In this document: in pieces, positions 26,388 to 39,997 of the stretch
How the letters are laid out: every line of letters starts with the position of its first letter
How positions within the stretch are numbered: the first letter of the stretch is position 1
Assembly (NCBI RefSeq): GCF_006345805.1
Contig: NC_042997.1
Coordinates: forward strand, 128,154,001-128,218,000
From: Octopus sinensis
Taxonomy: Eukaryota
Length of the DNA: 64,000 nucleotides
Direction: 5' to 3'
Notes under the pieces: model-generated
The model's database searches: none
What the model saw: only the letters and a program-made list of their open reading frames with translations
Told to the model about the DNA's origin: nothing
Made by a program: the position numbers and the translations under genes

Positions 26388-26622
26388 AGGCGGCGAGCTG
26401 GCAGAAATGTTAGCGCGCCGGGCGAAATGCTTAGCGGTATTTCGTCTGTCGTTATATTCTGAATTCAAATTCCGCCGAGGTCGACTTTGCCTTTCATCCT
26501 TTCGGGGTCGATAAATAAAGTACCAGTTTCGCCCTGGGGTCGATGTAATCGACTTAATCCCTTTGTCTGTATTTGTTTGTCCCGTCTATGGTTAGCCCCT
26601 TGTGGGTAGTAAAGAAATATAG
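26388..26622 (+). mobile_element. Nin/Deu-domain SINE monomer with 16-bp TSD
   Basis: Near-consensus copy. TSD ATATTGTTGGCAAGCA at 26372-26387 and 26623-26638 duplicates the CLPTI codons of the host LINE. Confidence 0.95.
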
Positions 26623-27109
26623 ATATTGTTGGCAAGCATTTTAGCGGGCCATAATTTTGCGAGTCTCTGGTATTTGTGTTTTGAGGAATTAATATAGTTT
26701 CCTTCTCCATCAGTCAATCAGGTGTTCTGGTCTGCTTATCACTTGATTAAATGCAGCTGCCATATACCCATGATTACTGATCAGGTGTTCAGCCAGAAAC
26801 AGAGCGAAGCTTCTCAATCCCAGATAATTTTCAATTGCTTGCAGTTCTTAATCTATTCGTGAGTTCCTTGTCTGTTATGGCGGATAGCATTTGCGACGTT
26901 CTTATGCTATTTTCCTCTTCCTCTCTGCTCGATTGTGCATTTTTATGATGTATTGATTGTCTTTATTCCACAGTCTCTTCTCAGCATCTTTGAATAATCC
27001 TTTGGCGTTGGTTGCATTTTAGTGTTGCAGCGTTTCTTTTTGTTAACGTCCCTGTTGATTCTTTTGGTAGGATTGAAATATTTTATTCTCCTAAAAGTAG
27101 CGTTGTAGG

Positions 27110-27140
<31 letters not shown>

Positions 27141-27765
27141 ATTTTGTTTTGGTGTGAACGGATATGTTATTCAGACCGCTCCGAAAAATTGAATTATTAC
27201 CAAGTTTTTCTGGATGAAATTGTTTCTTTATTGGATTATTTTCTATCAGAGAACTTCGAGACGTGTGGCATTCTTCACAATACCTTGGGTACACAAAAGT
27301 TCTGTCTTTTCACCATTCGAAAATATTTTTCTTCTATTCCATATAATTTTTTCCATTAAAGACGTAGTAAAAGGTACTAACAGGGAAGAAAGTAACACAG
27401 AATGCATTAGAGAAAACATTGAAATAATTTCCGAATGCACGGTAACGATTATTAAAAAAGAAAAGGTGAAATAAGCAGAATTCAAAAGTAGAAAAACAGT
27501 TTTAAAAAATGACAATAAAATAAACTTATACACGAACAAACATATAGTCACAACTTGACATCCGAAAAGTAAAATTTGCGCAACATAAGCTAAAGTGCAG
27601 CCAGTAACAACGCATACTTGTGAGTTACTTTACTAACATTAGAAAGGGAAGGAAAGTTTTAAATGTGCGTCGGATCCAGTAACGGAGAGAAATATGACCA
27701 TGGTACGTCACAAAAGACTCTGCCTCTATGCTTCTGCATCGTGAAGTTCAATATTTTATCAAAGT

Positions 27766-28195
27766 AAGGCGGCGAGTTGGCAGAAACGTTAGCACGCCGG
27801 GCAAAATGCATAGCGGTATTTCGTCTACCGCTACGTTCTGAGTTCAAATTTCGCCGAGGTCGACCTTGCCTTTCATCCTTTCGGGGTCAATTAAATAAGT
27901 ACCAGCTACGCACTGGGATTAATATAATCGACTTAATTCGTTTGTCTGTCCTTGTTTGTCCCCTCTGTGTGTAGCCCCTTGTGGGCAGTAAAGAAATAAG
28001 AAACGTTAGCACGCCGGGCAAGATGCTCAGCGGTATTTCGTCTGTCTTTACGTTCTGAGTTCAAATTCCAACGATGTCGACTTTGCCTTTTATCCCTTCG
28101 GGTCAATAAATTAAGTACCAGTTATGTGCTTGGGTCGATCTAATCGACTGGCACCCTCCCCCAAATTTTCGGGCCTTGTGCCTACAGTAGAAAAG
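27766..28195 (+). mobile_element. Nin/Deu-domain SINE dimer with 16-bp TSD
   Basis: Junction AAGAAATA|AGAAACGTTAGC at 27998/27999. TSD AATATT(T/C)TATCAA(A/T)GT at 27750-27765 and 28196-28211. Confidence 0.9.
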
Positions 28196-28499
28196 AATAT
28201 TCTATCAATGTCAAAGGAAGCTTTAGACGAGACAAGTCAAGGCGTCTTCCTTTGATAGGAACAAATAATAAGGAATTGTGAGCTCGGCCTTCAAAGTTGA
28301 GGACTAGATAAGAAAGCATGCCGAACTGGTGCGCATGGGCAGGTGTCACAATGCATGAGACGACATAAAATGAAATTCACATTAAGGGACGTTGATGATA
28401 TCGTTGATCCTTCCTGTAGGAAAGCATGGAGCAAGGAGGAGTGACCGGAGAGTCGATGTTCTAAGGAAGAAGGACTGATATAGTATTTGTGTGGTTATT

Positions 28500-29460
28500 T
28501 TCTATCATTCCCAATGTAGCTATTATTATGGAGATTATATATGTTGTCAACCCACACACCAGATCTTGATAATTCTTCCAGTTCTTTCAGTGATGCCCTA
28601 CATATTGAGACATACTCCGATAAGAAATATTTCTTGAATGTATTTGACAACAACATCCAATGGAGATGCTTTGAGCTCCTCGATTGTGTGTATTGGCAAA
28701 TGCTAGCATTTGGTCACCTTTTCATTCTCTGAGACCCTTTTTGGTGAATGACTAGCTACCACTTTTTTCTGCTGGCCTTTCGTAATGCTGAAATATCTTC
28801 TAATACAAGTTTCAAATCTGTCATGCCTCTTGGCAGAAACGTTAGCACGCCGGGCGAAATGCTTAGCGGTATTTCGTCTGTCTTTACGTTCTGAGTTCAA
28901 ATTTCGCCGATGTCGACTTTACCTTTCAATCTTTCGGGGTCGATAAATTAAGTACCGGTTACATACTAGGGTTGATCTAATCGACTGGCTTCCTTCTAAA
29001 ACTTTTCGGGCCTTGTGCCTGTAGTAGAAAAGAATTGTATTCCACCTTGCCTCAGACTGGGTGGTCCGAAGCAACGTGGTTAGCTGTTTCTTCTCAACCT
29101 CCAAATAATCTGCAGTTGCTATATTTTGTTTTATTACATGCTTTTGATGGTTTCTTGTAAAAGGGAGAGAAGGCTTTGATATTGTACCACGATCAAAAAC
29201 CCTTCATTCTCAGCTTTGAGTCCTGCACTTCCCAGTACAAATTTTCCTTCTCTTCACCCTGACCATAGTAGGAAATTTTCTTGTCATTAATTTATCATGG
29301 GAATCTGTAGCCACATTTTTAGCTTATATTTTAGTCTTTCCACAATTTCCGTTGATGTTTCTCGTTTTTCTTCATATCTGTCATTTCAACCACTATTTTC
29401 TATTTGTCGGTTTCCTTAAAGACACATTTTTGTTTTAATTTGTTTTGTTCGTGTTTCCTA
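28500..29460 (-). mobile_element. R4/Dong-type LINE C-terminal fragment (zinc knuckle to REL endonuclease)
   Basis: SAGLKAENEGFL; SNCRLFG..EETANHVAS..PV..KVEY; after the SINE at 28831, KRHDR...KKW..HSPKRVSENEK. Confidence 0.7.
28831..29035 (+). mobile_element. Nin/Deu-domain SINE monomer, 5' truncated
   Basis: Starts TGGCAGAAACGTTAGC, ends GGGCCTTGTGCCTGTAGTAGAAAAGAAT. Confidence 0.9.
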
Positions 29461-29583
29461 GATATTTCTATTGGATTACCATTATTCTGTAGTAAGTAGT
29501 TTTGTAATCATGCGACAGCCTAAAAAGTATATTATTGTTATTTTCATTATTATCATTATTATCATCATCATCATCAACATCAC

Positions 29584-29647
<64 letters not shown>

Positions 29648-31159
29648 TGGTGTCCGATTTATTTAGACATGTTTTTTTACGAATTGCTCTTCAAAGCTCT
29701 GGATTTCACCAAGTTTCAATCGAATGAATTATGAATTTATTTTCATTTATGCAGGCTGGAAGCATCTTACAAATCTGCTTACACAGGATTAAGACAAAAA
29801 GTGTTTGTTTTTAGACAAATATTATTTTCTTCTTATTTTGTCTATATACAGATACAATATCGTGTCACAGAACATCCAACAAAGCAAACAAGCTGAAGGT
29901 GAGTGTAACTCAACGGAATTTAAGTAACATACGAAATAACAACAGCGATCTCTTTTGTAGCAAAATGCAATATTAAGAAAAGATTGCTCGTATCACTAGA
30001 GAGAGTGATTTTGGGGTATATGTTTGGCAAAAACATCAATAACTCTAATGATGACGACAACAACAACAATATAAGCATTTCCAGCACCACACACGCATGC
30101 ATATGCACAAAGAAATTTTGCAAATCGAATACGGTATTGTATTTAAGTGGAGGACTTACCTCGTTCTTCAGCAACGTGATTTACAACAGACGAACTTTAG
30201 ATAAGAAGTATTTGGCTGAAAGAGAAACAGTGTGGCTGCACTGCGTAACGATAAAAACTAATGCATTCACTCGAAACAATTACGCAAGCTCAAGAAAGAA
30301 AGAATGTGACCTGTTTGTGCTTTGTCAAAGTTTTGCCTCTCAAACAATGGTAGGTGGTGGTTCTAGTAAATACACGGAGTGGCTGCTATATTGGCGAGGA
30401 AATTCATATGGAACTATATGCATTGGTTCTAAAAATGAGAATGAAGCAATGAGACAAGAGTTAGAGCGTCACACCTCTGCATATTAGCGAATCTTCCAAT
30501 GTATAATAAAGAAAAGTGGTGACGGAAACTTACGTGGCTCTCAATGAAAGACATCATAGACATCTTTGGCCTTTGCATCGTTGTAACTTTCTTGGAACAA
30601 CATAAGCTGATAGTCAACATTGTCTTAACTTATGGCAATATGTGATCGAGTGAGATCTCTCGGTGGACATACAAGTCCTGGTGTCCTCTGAAGATGTTAA
30701 GATAATTCCAGAGCTGTGTCCAGTGCTGAATGCCAAGGAAAGATTTCAGACTGCTTGTGTAAGGCAGAAATCTCAATAGCTAGACGTGTGGCAGTAATGA
30801 TAATTTAAGAAAAGCTTGAGAAAATGAAACGATAAAAACCTCAGGCAGCAATGGCAGCAACAGGCCACAAGGCCTACTGTTCTCAGAGCACCAGAGATTG
30901 CAGCTTTAGACATATTGGAAGTTAGAACATCGTCCTTGATTCCGTAAGCTGAATGGTAGCCAAGTGATCCACCAATAACAAACAGCGTCATCCCATCGAA
31001 ATACGAAAATGAAAGGAAGGAGAAATTAGCTGATAAGGAAAACTACTGAAGATAGCGGGAAATGGTATTAAATGGTATTAAATCAGGAAAAGAATACAAT
31101 CCAATGGAAGGCATGCAAAAAGTGTGAGGAGTCCACCTCTCAAACACCTCACATTGTGC

Positions 31160-31715
31160 AACAAGCTGGATATCAGAATGCAATTTAGCCTCGATAAATG
31201 TGCAAAAGCTACCTTTATCAAAGGAAAAATGACAGGAACATCTAACGTTAACCTTGACCAGCAGAATGTCATAAAAGAGTTAGACCCAGCGGAGAGCTAC
31301 AAGTACCTAGGGATAATTGAAGGGGACGGAATAAGGCATTCAGTAATGAAAGAAAGGATCAGGAGAGAATGTTATCGCAGAGTAAGAGCAATACTCAAGA
31401 CAGAGCTGAATGCGAGAAACAGGATCAAAGCGATCAATACTTTAGCCATACCGGTCGTGATTTACAGTTTCAATATCATTAACTGGTCAATTATTGGAAT
31501 ATGTAATCTTGACAGTAAAAATACGAAAATTGTTGCAGATATAGAACGAATTTACCTGCCAAGAAAAGAGGGTGGCCGTGGACTTCCCTTCTTTAATGCA
31601 TATCGAGTATACTTTTCCTTTTTTATCGTTTCATTATATGTAAACCCCAACACTTTACGTCTATCTTCGTATTGTTATCTTTCACCCTAGCGGCAAATAA
31701 AAGAAATTATTAATA
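31160..31715 (+). mobile_element. R4/Dong-type LINE RT C-terminal fragment joined to a 3'-tail-like segment
   Basis: DIRMQFSLDKCAKA...ESYKYLGI...RRVRAILKTELNARNRIKAINTLAIPV.IYSF.IINW...RIYLPRKEGGRGL, then a tail ending GGCAAATAAAAGAAATTATT. Confidence 0.85.
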
Positions 31716-31917
31716 TTTGTTTTTAACCTTTGTATGCTATGCATATCTCCCTTCTTTTTCAGTGTATACCGTGTATACTTACTTTTATTTTTTTTATCAT
31801 TTCATTATTATATGTAAACCTGCACACTTTATGTCTGTCTCTGTATTGCACCCCTCTGTACTGTCCCCCCTCTGTACTGTCCCCTCTGTACTGTACCCCT
31901 TGTGGCAAATAACTGAA

Positions 31918-31971
<54 letters not shown>

Positions 31972-32118
31972 GTTGTTGTTGTTGTTGTTGTTATCATCAT
32001 CATCATCATCATCGTTTTCAACATTATTTCATTATATATCATGCACTGTTCGAGAGATACATCACCAGTTTCTTTTTCTTACACAAAAGCAATTACACAC
32101 ACGCACACACACACACAC

Positions 32119-32174
<56 letters not shown>

Positions 32175-32204
32175 ATCCTAGAAAACATGCATAACATTCT
32201 TCAA

Positions 32205-32600
32205 GACAAAAACGCTTCGCGAGAATACCTTAGTATTTACAGACCCTAGCATTGCTATTTTGAGGATCTTTCCGATTTCTGTTTTGTTGGTATCCCGTTG
32301 ATGTCGTAACTGGACTGATTGTCTCCCTTCCCAGTTGTATCAATTGCCTTCATTAAAAGCCATATTGTTTTACATTCAATAGCTAAGACAGTGTAATTCT
32401 TCGGCCTTTTTAGCTCACTTCTGCACATTATAATCATTTAGTATTGCAATGTCGATTATTAATACACTATTGTCATTTTGTCATGGAAGATGATGTCAAG
32501 TTTATTATGTGCTATCTAACTGGAAACGTAACTCTAATATTCCATACTATCTTTGAAATAATAATAATGATTTCTAATATTGGCACAATGCTACAGATTT
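32205..32600 (-). mobile_element. R4/Dong-type LINE REL endonuclease fragment
   Basis: KIVWN...HNKLDII.HDK..LIIDIAI...AIECKTIW...KIAMLGS across frameshifts. Confidence 0.65.
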
Positions 32601-32749
32601 TGTAGGTTGAAACAGTCGATACATATTTTATGGACCTCTGAGAGAGAAGAAAAGCAAATTCGATATGGCGAAATTGAAGCTCTAAGCGCAAAGTAACATA
32701 ATTAAATACCGAGAAAGCATTCTTCCTCATGCTCCGCCGATTCCATAAT

Positions 32750-32775
32750 AATAACAACTACTGCTGCTGCTGCTT

Positions 32776-32869
<94 letters not shown>

Positions 32870-32965
32870 CACTACTACTACTACTACTACACTACTACTA
32901 CTACTAACTACTAATAATAATAATAATAATAATGCTACTACTACTACTGCATTAATAATAATAGT
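32750..32965. repeat. Compound trinucleotide microsatellite (CTA/CTG/TAA)
   Basis: Directly visible. Confidence 0.95.
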
Positions 32966-33328
32966 AATGAGAAGGAAGCGGCAGAGGAAGCAGAGACCTT
33001 TTATTTTCCACTGGGACGTCGGACAAAGTCAATATTACAAAGACAGATTACAATGTATGTTAATATATATAAAATCGAATGAGATAAAAAGCTAAGGTGA
33101 AATGAGATGAAAAGTATACATAATATACAAAATAAACGAATACAAGGATGGTACAGTCCTCCTGATGCAAGTGAGTCTCCAATAAAGGTCAACCAATGAG
33201 CCATTGTAAATCCATGAGCAATCTGACCAACGGCCAATCGAAAGGCACATGCTCAGAGTAGTGCCATTCACTCTAATCTTTTTCTCCACAACCACCCACT
33301 TGTAGATTGGAGAACAACAGCTGAGAAA

Positions 33329-33372
<44 letters not shown>

Positions 33373-34089
33373 GCGCGTTTACTCCACATTCACCTTCCTT
33401 TTCGAGTGAAACAAGAAGCAGCCGATGACAGCTTGACAAAATTTGAATGTATTTGCCCTTAACCCTTTCATTCATGCCCTCTGCACAAGCTCTTTCGTCA
33501 TAGCCACCAGAGGAAAGCTGCCTGGCCAAGTCTATTAAAGGCGGAAGAGGGGGCGATCTTCACAGTATAGTCACCTGATACCCGTTCTAATTGTACAGCA
33601 GCTGTTCAACAAAACTACACAAGTGAGCAATGTCTGAATACTGCACGAGAGCGTGCAGAAAGACTTCATCGATCTGCAGATATTTTGGACAAATCCTCCT
33701 GATGGTACTTCAGTACTTGTGAGTTTGTATCGAACTGTTAGTGCCTCTTAGTAGAACTGCCAAGCTAAGAATTTATGAAAATTATCCATAATAGACACCC
33801 GTCTGGAAGTCCTCCCGATTGGATCAACCGGTTTGTCCTTGGCGACGCCTATACTTGTCCTAAGTACCATCACCTTTACTAAATACTAGGCTGGCAGCAG
33901 TGGATCGTCAGACTCAGGTGTTTCGATCTCATTTGGCCACCTCAGTGACGAAAACACCCGAACATTTTGAGAAAAGACGGAACTTACATTCCAATATAGA
34001 AATAAACAAGCTAAACATGATAATATGTTCCGTTTGCTTTTACTAATTAATGCAGAAGCTGGCCTCGTTAAAATTTACTCAATATAAAA

Positions 34090-35000
34090 TATAGTGATAA
34101 AAACAAATAGTAACAGCAGAAGCAGACAATGGAACTAGTACAATGAGACGGTTGAACATCTCTGGTAATTCAATCCTTTCTCAGTCCCTCTATACAGAGA
34201 ATACATGATCGTGATGGCGGCTATGTTCACAGGCCAATATGTTGACACTTCAACTTGAAACCACATAAGAAGTGGGATAAAGATTTACCAAACACGATAT
34301 ATGCAAATGTACACAATCATTTGGGACATGCCTCTTCAAACCGTCCTGATACAATAAACGACTGAAGTGAAAATACCTGCGCGTACACATCTCGATCACT
34401 TCTAATGAAAACTGCGCGAAATGAAGTGGAGAAATTATCCAAATACAACGATATCGAAATGGAAATAAATGGGATGTGGAACATGAAAGTAAAAACAATA
34501 GCAGTAATAATTGGAGCATTAGGTATGATAAAAGATATTATGAACAAAACCATACGAGATATCCCAGAGCTCACAAGTTTACACACAGGCATAAGAATAG
34601 TTCCACTAAGGACAGCCCATATCATGCAATAAACTTTCAATTCAGCTGCACAAGTCAAACAATACGCTCGCTGCGCAAACTCTATACAAATACCAACCAA
34701 TAAAATACTTCAACTTACGTAATTAATACTCTGTATAACACTGCACACATTCGTATATAACCGATACCCGATATCATACTACCAACAGATCACAGAACTT
34801 ATATAATACAAACTGCAATCCATAAATATTACACAAATGACATACAACATGCTATTCAAAAACTTAACTCACACAGCACATACAAGATACAGATACTACT
34901 CAACAAAATAACACAGCTCACATTGCAAATACATTATACAACAGACGAAACACTAACATAACACTAGCAATGACAAACAAAAAGTTCACAATAATGTAAA
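34090..35000 (+). mobile_element. R4/Dong-type LINE 3' end (REL domain + AC-rich 3' UTR)
   Basis: ETVEHL; IIWDMPLQT..; EVEKLSKYNDIEMEINGMWNMKVKTIAVIIGALG...TAHIM. The downstream AC-rich tract resembles the reverse complement of 47780-47850. Confidence 0.8.
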
Positions 35001-35218
35001 GCCGAGAGTAAACAAACGTATCCATAAGAAACAATGCTTCATATGGAGGAACATCTAATGCTGCATGAGAAATCACACGGAATAGTTTTTAAAAGATTCT
35101 TTCTAAATTTGGTACAAGGCCGGCAATTTTAAGACAAGGTTATAAATCAATTGCACCGACCCCAGTACTTGGTTGGTACTTCATTTTACTGAACCTGAAA
35201 GGATGACAAGTAAAGTAA

Positions 35219-36720
35219 AAAACCGAAATCGAAATAAAAAAATATACTCTGCAACGTAGTACGCGAACTACCTATCACTTTAGCAGTAATAAAAATTAAA
35301 GCAGAGAAGGATGCGTTCATAATAACAGTGAAAAAATAGTGAAGTTTGAAATAAATACAAAACTCATTTAACCGAGCGTAACACAGTTTCGAAATGATAT
35401 TTATATGTGAAAGGTGACGAGCTGACAGAATCGTTAGAACGCCGGGCGAAATGCTTAGCGGTATTTCGTTGTGCCGCTACGTTCTGAGTTCAAATTCCGC
35501 CGAGGTCGACTTTGCATTTCATCCTTTCGGAGTCGATTGAATAAGTACCAGTTACGCACTGGGGTCGATATAATCGACTTAATCCGTTTGTCTACCCTTG
35601 TTTGTCCTCTCTGTGTTTAGTCCCTTGTGGGTAGTAAAGAAATAGGTATTCTATATGTGATGACGTACTTATGTACGCTCAGAGGGTTGTAATACCTGTT
35701 TCTTTGCAAAATCGTATGTTAAAAGAATTCCACATGGGTCACTCAGGAATGGCGAAAATGAAAGCATTGATGAGAAGCTATGTTTATTCATTTAATATGG
35801 ATCAGGGTATTGAAAAATTTGTGAAAGCCAGCAGGGGTTGTGCCTTGGCAGCAAAGGCACCGCCTTGGCCAAACACTGACGTACTTTGGTCAAGATTACA
35901 CATAGACTTCGCTGGAGCGTTGAATGGGGGTATTATTTAATAGTCGTGGATAGTTGTACAAAATGGCCGGAAATATGTAAATGTAGGAAGCCAACCTCCA
36001 AAGTAACGATGGAATTTCTAGACGAACTTCTTGCGCGATATGGCGTCCCAGACACTATAGTGTCCGATAATGGAACACAGTTTACGTCAAAGGAATTTTA
36101 AAACTTTTGCAAAATGCATGTAAATGAGCATATTACTATTCCGCCATACCATCCAAGATCGAATGGACTAGTGGAATGTTTCGTAGACACGTTTAAGAGG
36201 ACACTGAAAAAGTCTGGAAATGAACTACTAGCTGATAGTGCGTTGACGCATTTCTTAAGTGTCTACCGAACACCACATCAGGTATGTCACCGGCTGAAAT
36301 TCAGGTCAGTGTTTGGCAAATTACTTCCGGGAAGAAAAGAAAAAAATAGAGAGAAACACCGAAAATAAGGGGAAATACTTCAAAATCGGTGACAAAGTGT
36401 TTTTTTTAATATACAGAAACGGAAAGGAAAGTTGGGAAAAAGATATAAGTAAACGTTTAGGAAAAATAACGTACATTGAAAAAGATCATGCATGGGAACA
36501 CAAGAAACACCTAAATCAACTGAGAAAAAGGTTTACGGAAGAAAGAATAAGACATGAAGAGCCTCTAGAATTTCTTTATGACATTTTTGACGTTCTGATA
36601 CCACAAGGAATAATTGAGCCAACGAGTACAGCGACTAGGAAAAAAAAGCAAACAGAACTTTTGCAAGTAGACTCAAAACGAAAACAATATTCCAATTTCT
36701 TCCCGGGGAATTGAAAAAAA
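35219..36720 (+). mobile_element. Gypsy LTR retrotransposon (lineage A): post-RNase H linker and integrase
   Basis: EIEIK.ILCNVVRELPITL..IKIKAEKD; after a SINE, ICDDVLMYAQRVVIP..EFHMGHSG...C (H2C2), WSRLHIDFAG, LIVVDS, VPDTIVSDNGTQFTS, YHPRSNGLVECFVDTFKR. Confidence 0.95.
35411..35646 (+). mobile_element. Nin/Deu-domain SINE inserted into the Gypsy element
   Basis: TSD TATATGTGA at 35402-35410 and 35652-35660; Gypsy coding resumes on both sides. Confidence 0.9.
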
Positions 36721-36788
36721 AGTAGTTGGGGAGGTGGTAATAAAGAAAACATTAAAAAAAATATTGACTTCCAACGAAAGTCAAACGC

Positions 36789-37053
36789 AAAAGGGGGAGA
36801 TGTTGTGGTGAAATCCTGACACCCTTGTGGGATAGCAAGTCAACTGTCCTAAACCGTATAAAGGCGCATGCGCACTGTCAGTGAAGGACAGTGTGGTGTG
36901 TGTAGTCACTTTGTGAAGACAGTCGTAGAAGTCGTTCAGAAGATATATTGTTGGTTACGTGTTGTTTCTGATTGATATTTGTATTCTTATAACCATGTTA
37001 TAGGTCCACGTTATAATGCGGCATGTACAGTGAGTTCAAAGAAGGCCATAACA
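36789..37053 (+). mobile_element. Polypurine tract and 3' LTR of Gypsy lineage A
   Basis: PPT AAAAGGGGGAGA (36789-36800) then TGTTGTGG...CCATAACA (36801-37053): TG..CA ends with an 8-bp imperfect terminal inverted repeat. Confidence 0.85.
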
Positions 37054-37099
37054 GTGTCGACGAGACACAGCAACATATAATGAAATGATTAAACGATAA

Positions 37100-38480
<1,381 letters not shown>

Positions 38481-38599
38481 CAAATAGCTATAGTTACTAA
38501 ATAGATACGTAGCTGACTTGGAAAGAAATCAAAAATAATCTCAAATGGTGAATAACTTGCATTGAGCCTTGGTGGTGGATGAATAGCGAAAAGTATATT

Positions 38600-38834
38600 T
38601 TCTCTTTTTATGCATACCTTTTACCTGTCTCAGTCATTAGACTGCGGCTATGTTGAGGTACTGCCTTGAAGAATCTTTAGTCGAACGAATCGACCCTGGT
38701 ACTTACTTTTTTTAAAGCTTGGTTCTTATCCTATTCGCTTCTTTGGCCGGACCACCAGGTTACAGGGACGTAAATACCAGCACTGGTTGTCCAGCGGTAG
38801 TAAGGGACAAATACATACACAAAGACAACACACG

Positions 38835-38882
<48 letters not shown>

Positions 38883-39025
38883 AATACGATGTGTTTATTT
38901 CAGTTTCCATCTACCAAATCCTCTAAGGTTTTGGTTAAACCGGGGCTATAGCAGAAGACAAGGTGTCAAGCTGTGTGTCTGAACCCGGAACCATGTGGAT
39001 GGGAAGCAAAGTTCTTACCACACAC
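38600..39025 (-). mobile_element. Composite SINE with internal (GATA)n
   Basis: Tail at 38600-38825, microsatellite at 38835-38885, head at 38890-39025; same layout as 60294-60760. Confidence 0.7.
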
Positions 39026-39409
39026 TCTATATGTGTGCCTATATGTGAATAAGTTTTATCGTTTTAATCCATCTTTTATTTCCTTGAATCATAAACTACG
39101 CCATAATTGAGAAACATATTACACGAAGATAAATAAACAATACCTTTTAAATTCATTTCGATTATATTTAAAAGTAATTTGGATTACATGGCAGGATTTC
39201 AAAAGGATTTTTTGAAATTATTTGCTTGTGTCTAATATATTCACATAATGTTTTCAAATATGCTGACTTGCACAGTAGAATTTCCACGGGTCTCTCTAGT
39301 TATGAAGATCGTTGAACGAAACAGGATTTAAATAAGTCTACCTTCTATATGTATTCAGGCATAGATGAGAGTAAAATTCTGTGTATAAGTTTGTAGCGTG
39401 TGTAGAGTA

Positions 39410-39501
<92 letters not shown>

Positions 39502-39997
39502 GTGTGCCGTTTGTATGTGCGTGAAAAGCCTCCTAAAAGAGATTAAGAAAGAAACAGCTTGACAGTGAAAACTTTAAATTCTCACTTAAATAATGAAAAT
39601 ATCACTCATCTTTTCCATGAATAGATTTACGGTGCCAGTCATAACGTATGGTTTCCTAATTTTGGTCCGGAACATAGCAGAACGAAACTCGAAAGCCCGT
39701 AACATTGGAAGTCTTCTAATGCGTCATCAAATTTTACTCATTAAGTTTGACATTTAACAGCTGTACATCCCGAAGAAGAGAATGTGGAAAGGAAACTAAT
39801 TAGTGTCAGAGTGTAGTTTAAGAAGGCAATTATCAATGTTGCCCATTACTTTTACCTGTTACGTACCTCTGTTGGCTATGATCGTACAGAAGGTAATAAA
39901 TCGAAGTTTCCCGTGAAATTGGATTGTATTTCAAACAGCTACACTGTAAAACTAAGGCAGTAGCAAAAACGAACAACTAATAATGTTAAGCAATATT

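Larger units (their letters stand above)
22300..27110 (-). mobile_element. Old R4/Dong-type LINE, RT region split by nested insertions
   Basis: Colinear RT motifs on the minus strand: 27110-26640 (...LIPQNTNT..NY.PLKCLPTI), 26370-26190 (YKALT...KRAITEDSK), 25790-25652 (WIDYR..FDSIPHYWIL), 23510-23310 (MTKW..TIRR..KGD..LLFCL), 22670-22300 (eroded HL.YMDDLK-like segment, then MK.G.D..EKAPLRRGKLI). Confidence 0.8.

Noticed and set aside
29984-30487. 167-aa ORF as a host exon
   Set aside because: Starts in low-complexity sequence, has no motif I recognise and no convincing splice sites.
30760-31000. Additional R4 post-RT fragment
   Set aside because: Only scattered residue matches; too weak to support.
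33780-34020. Gypsy integrase zinc-binding remnant (GHL..E.T)
   Set aside because: Single short motif with no supporting flanks.
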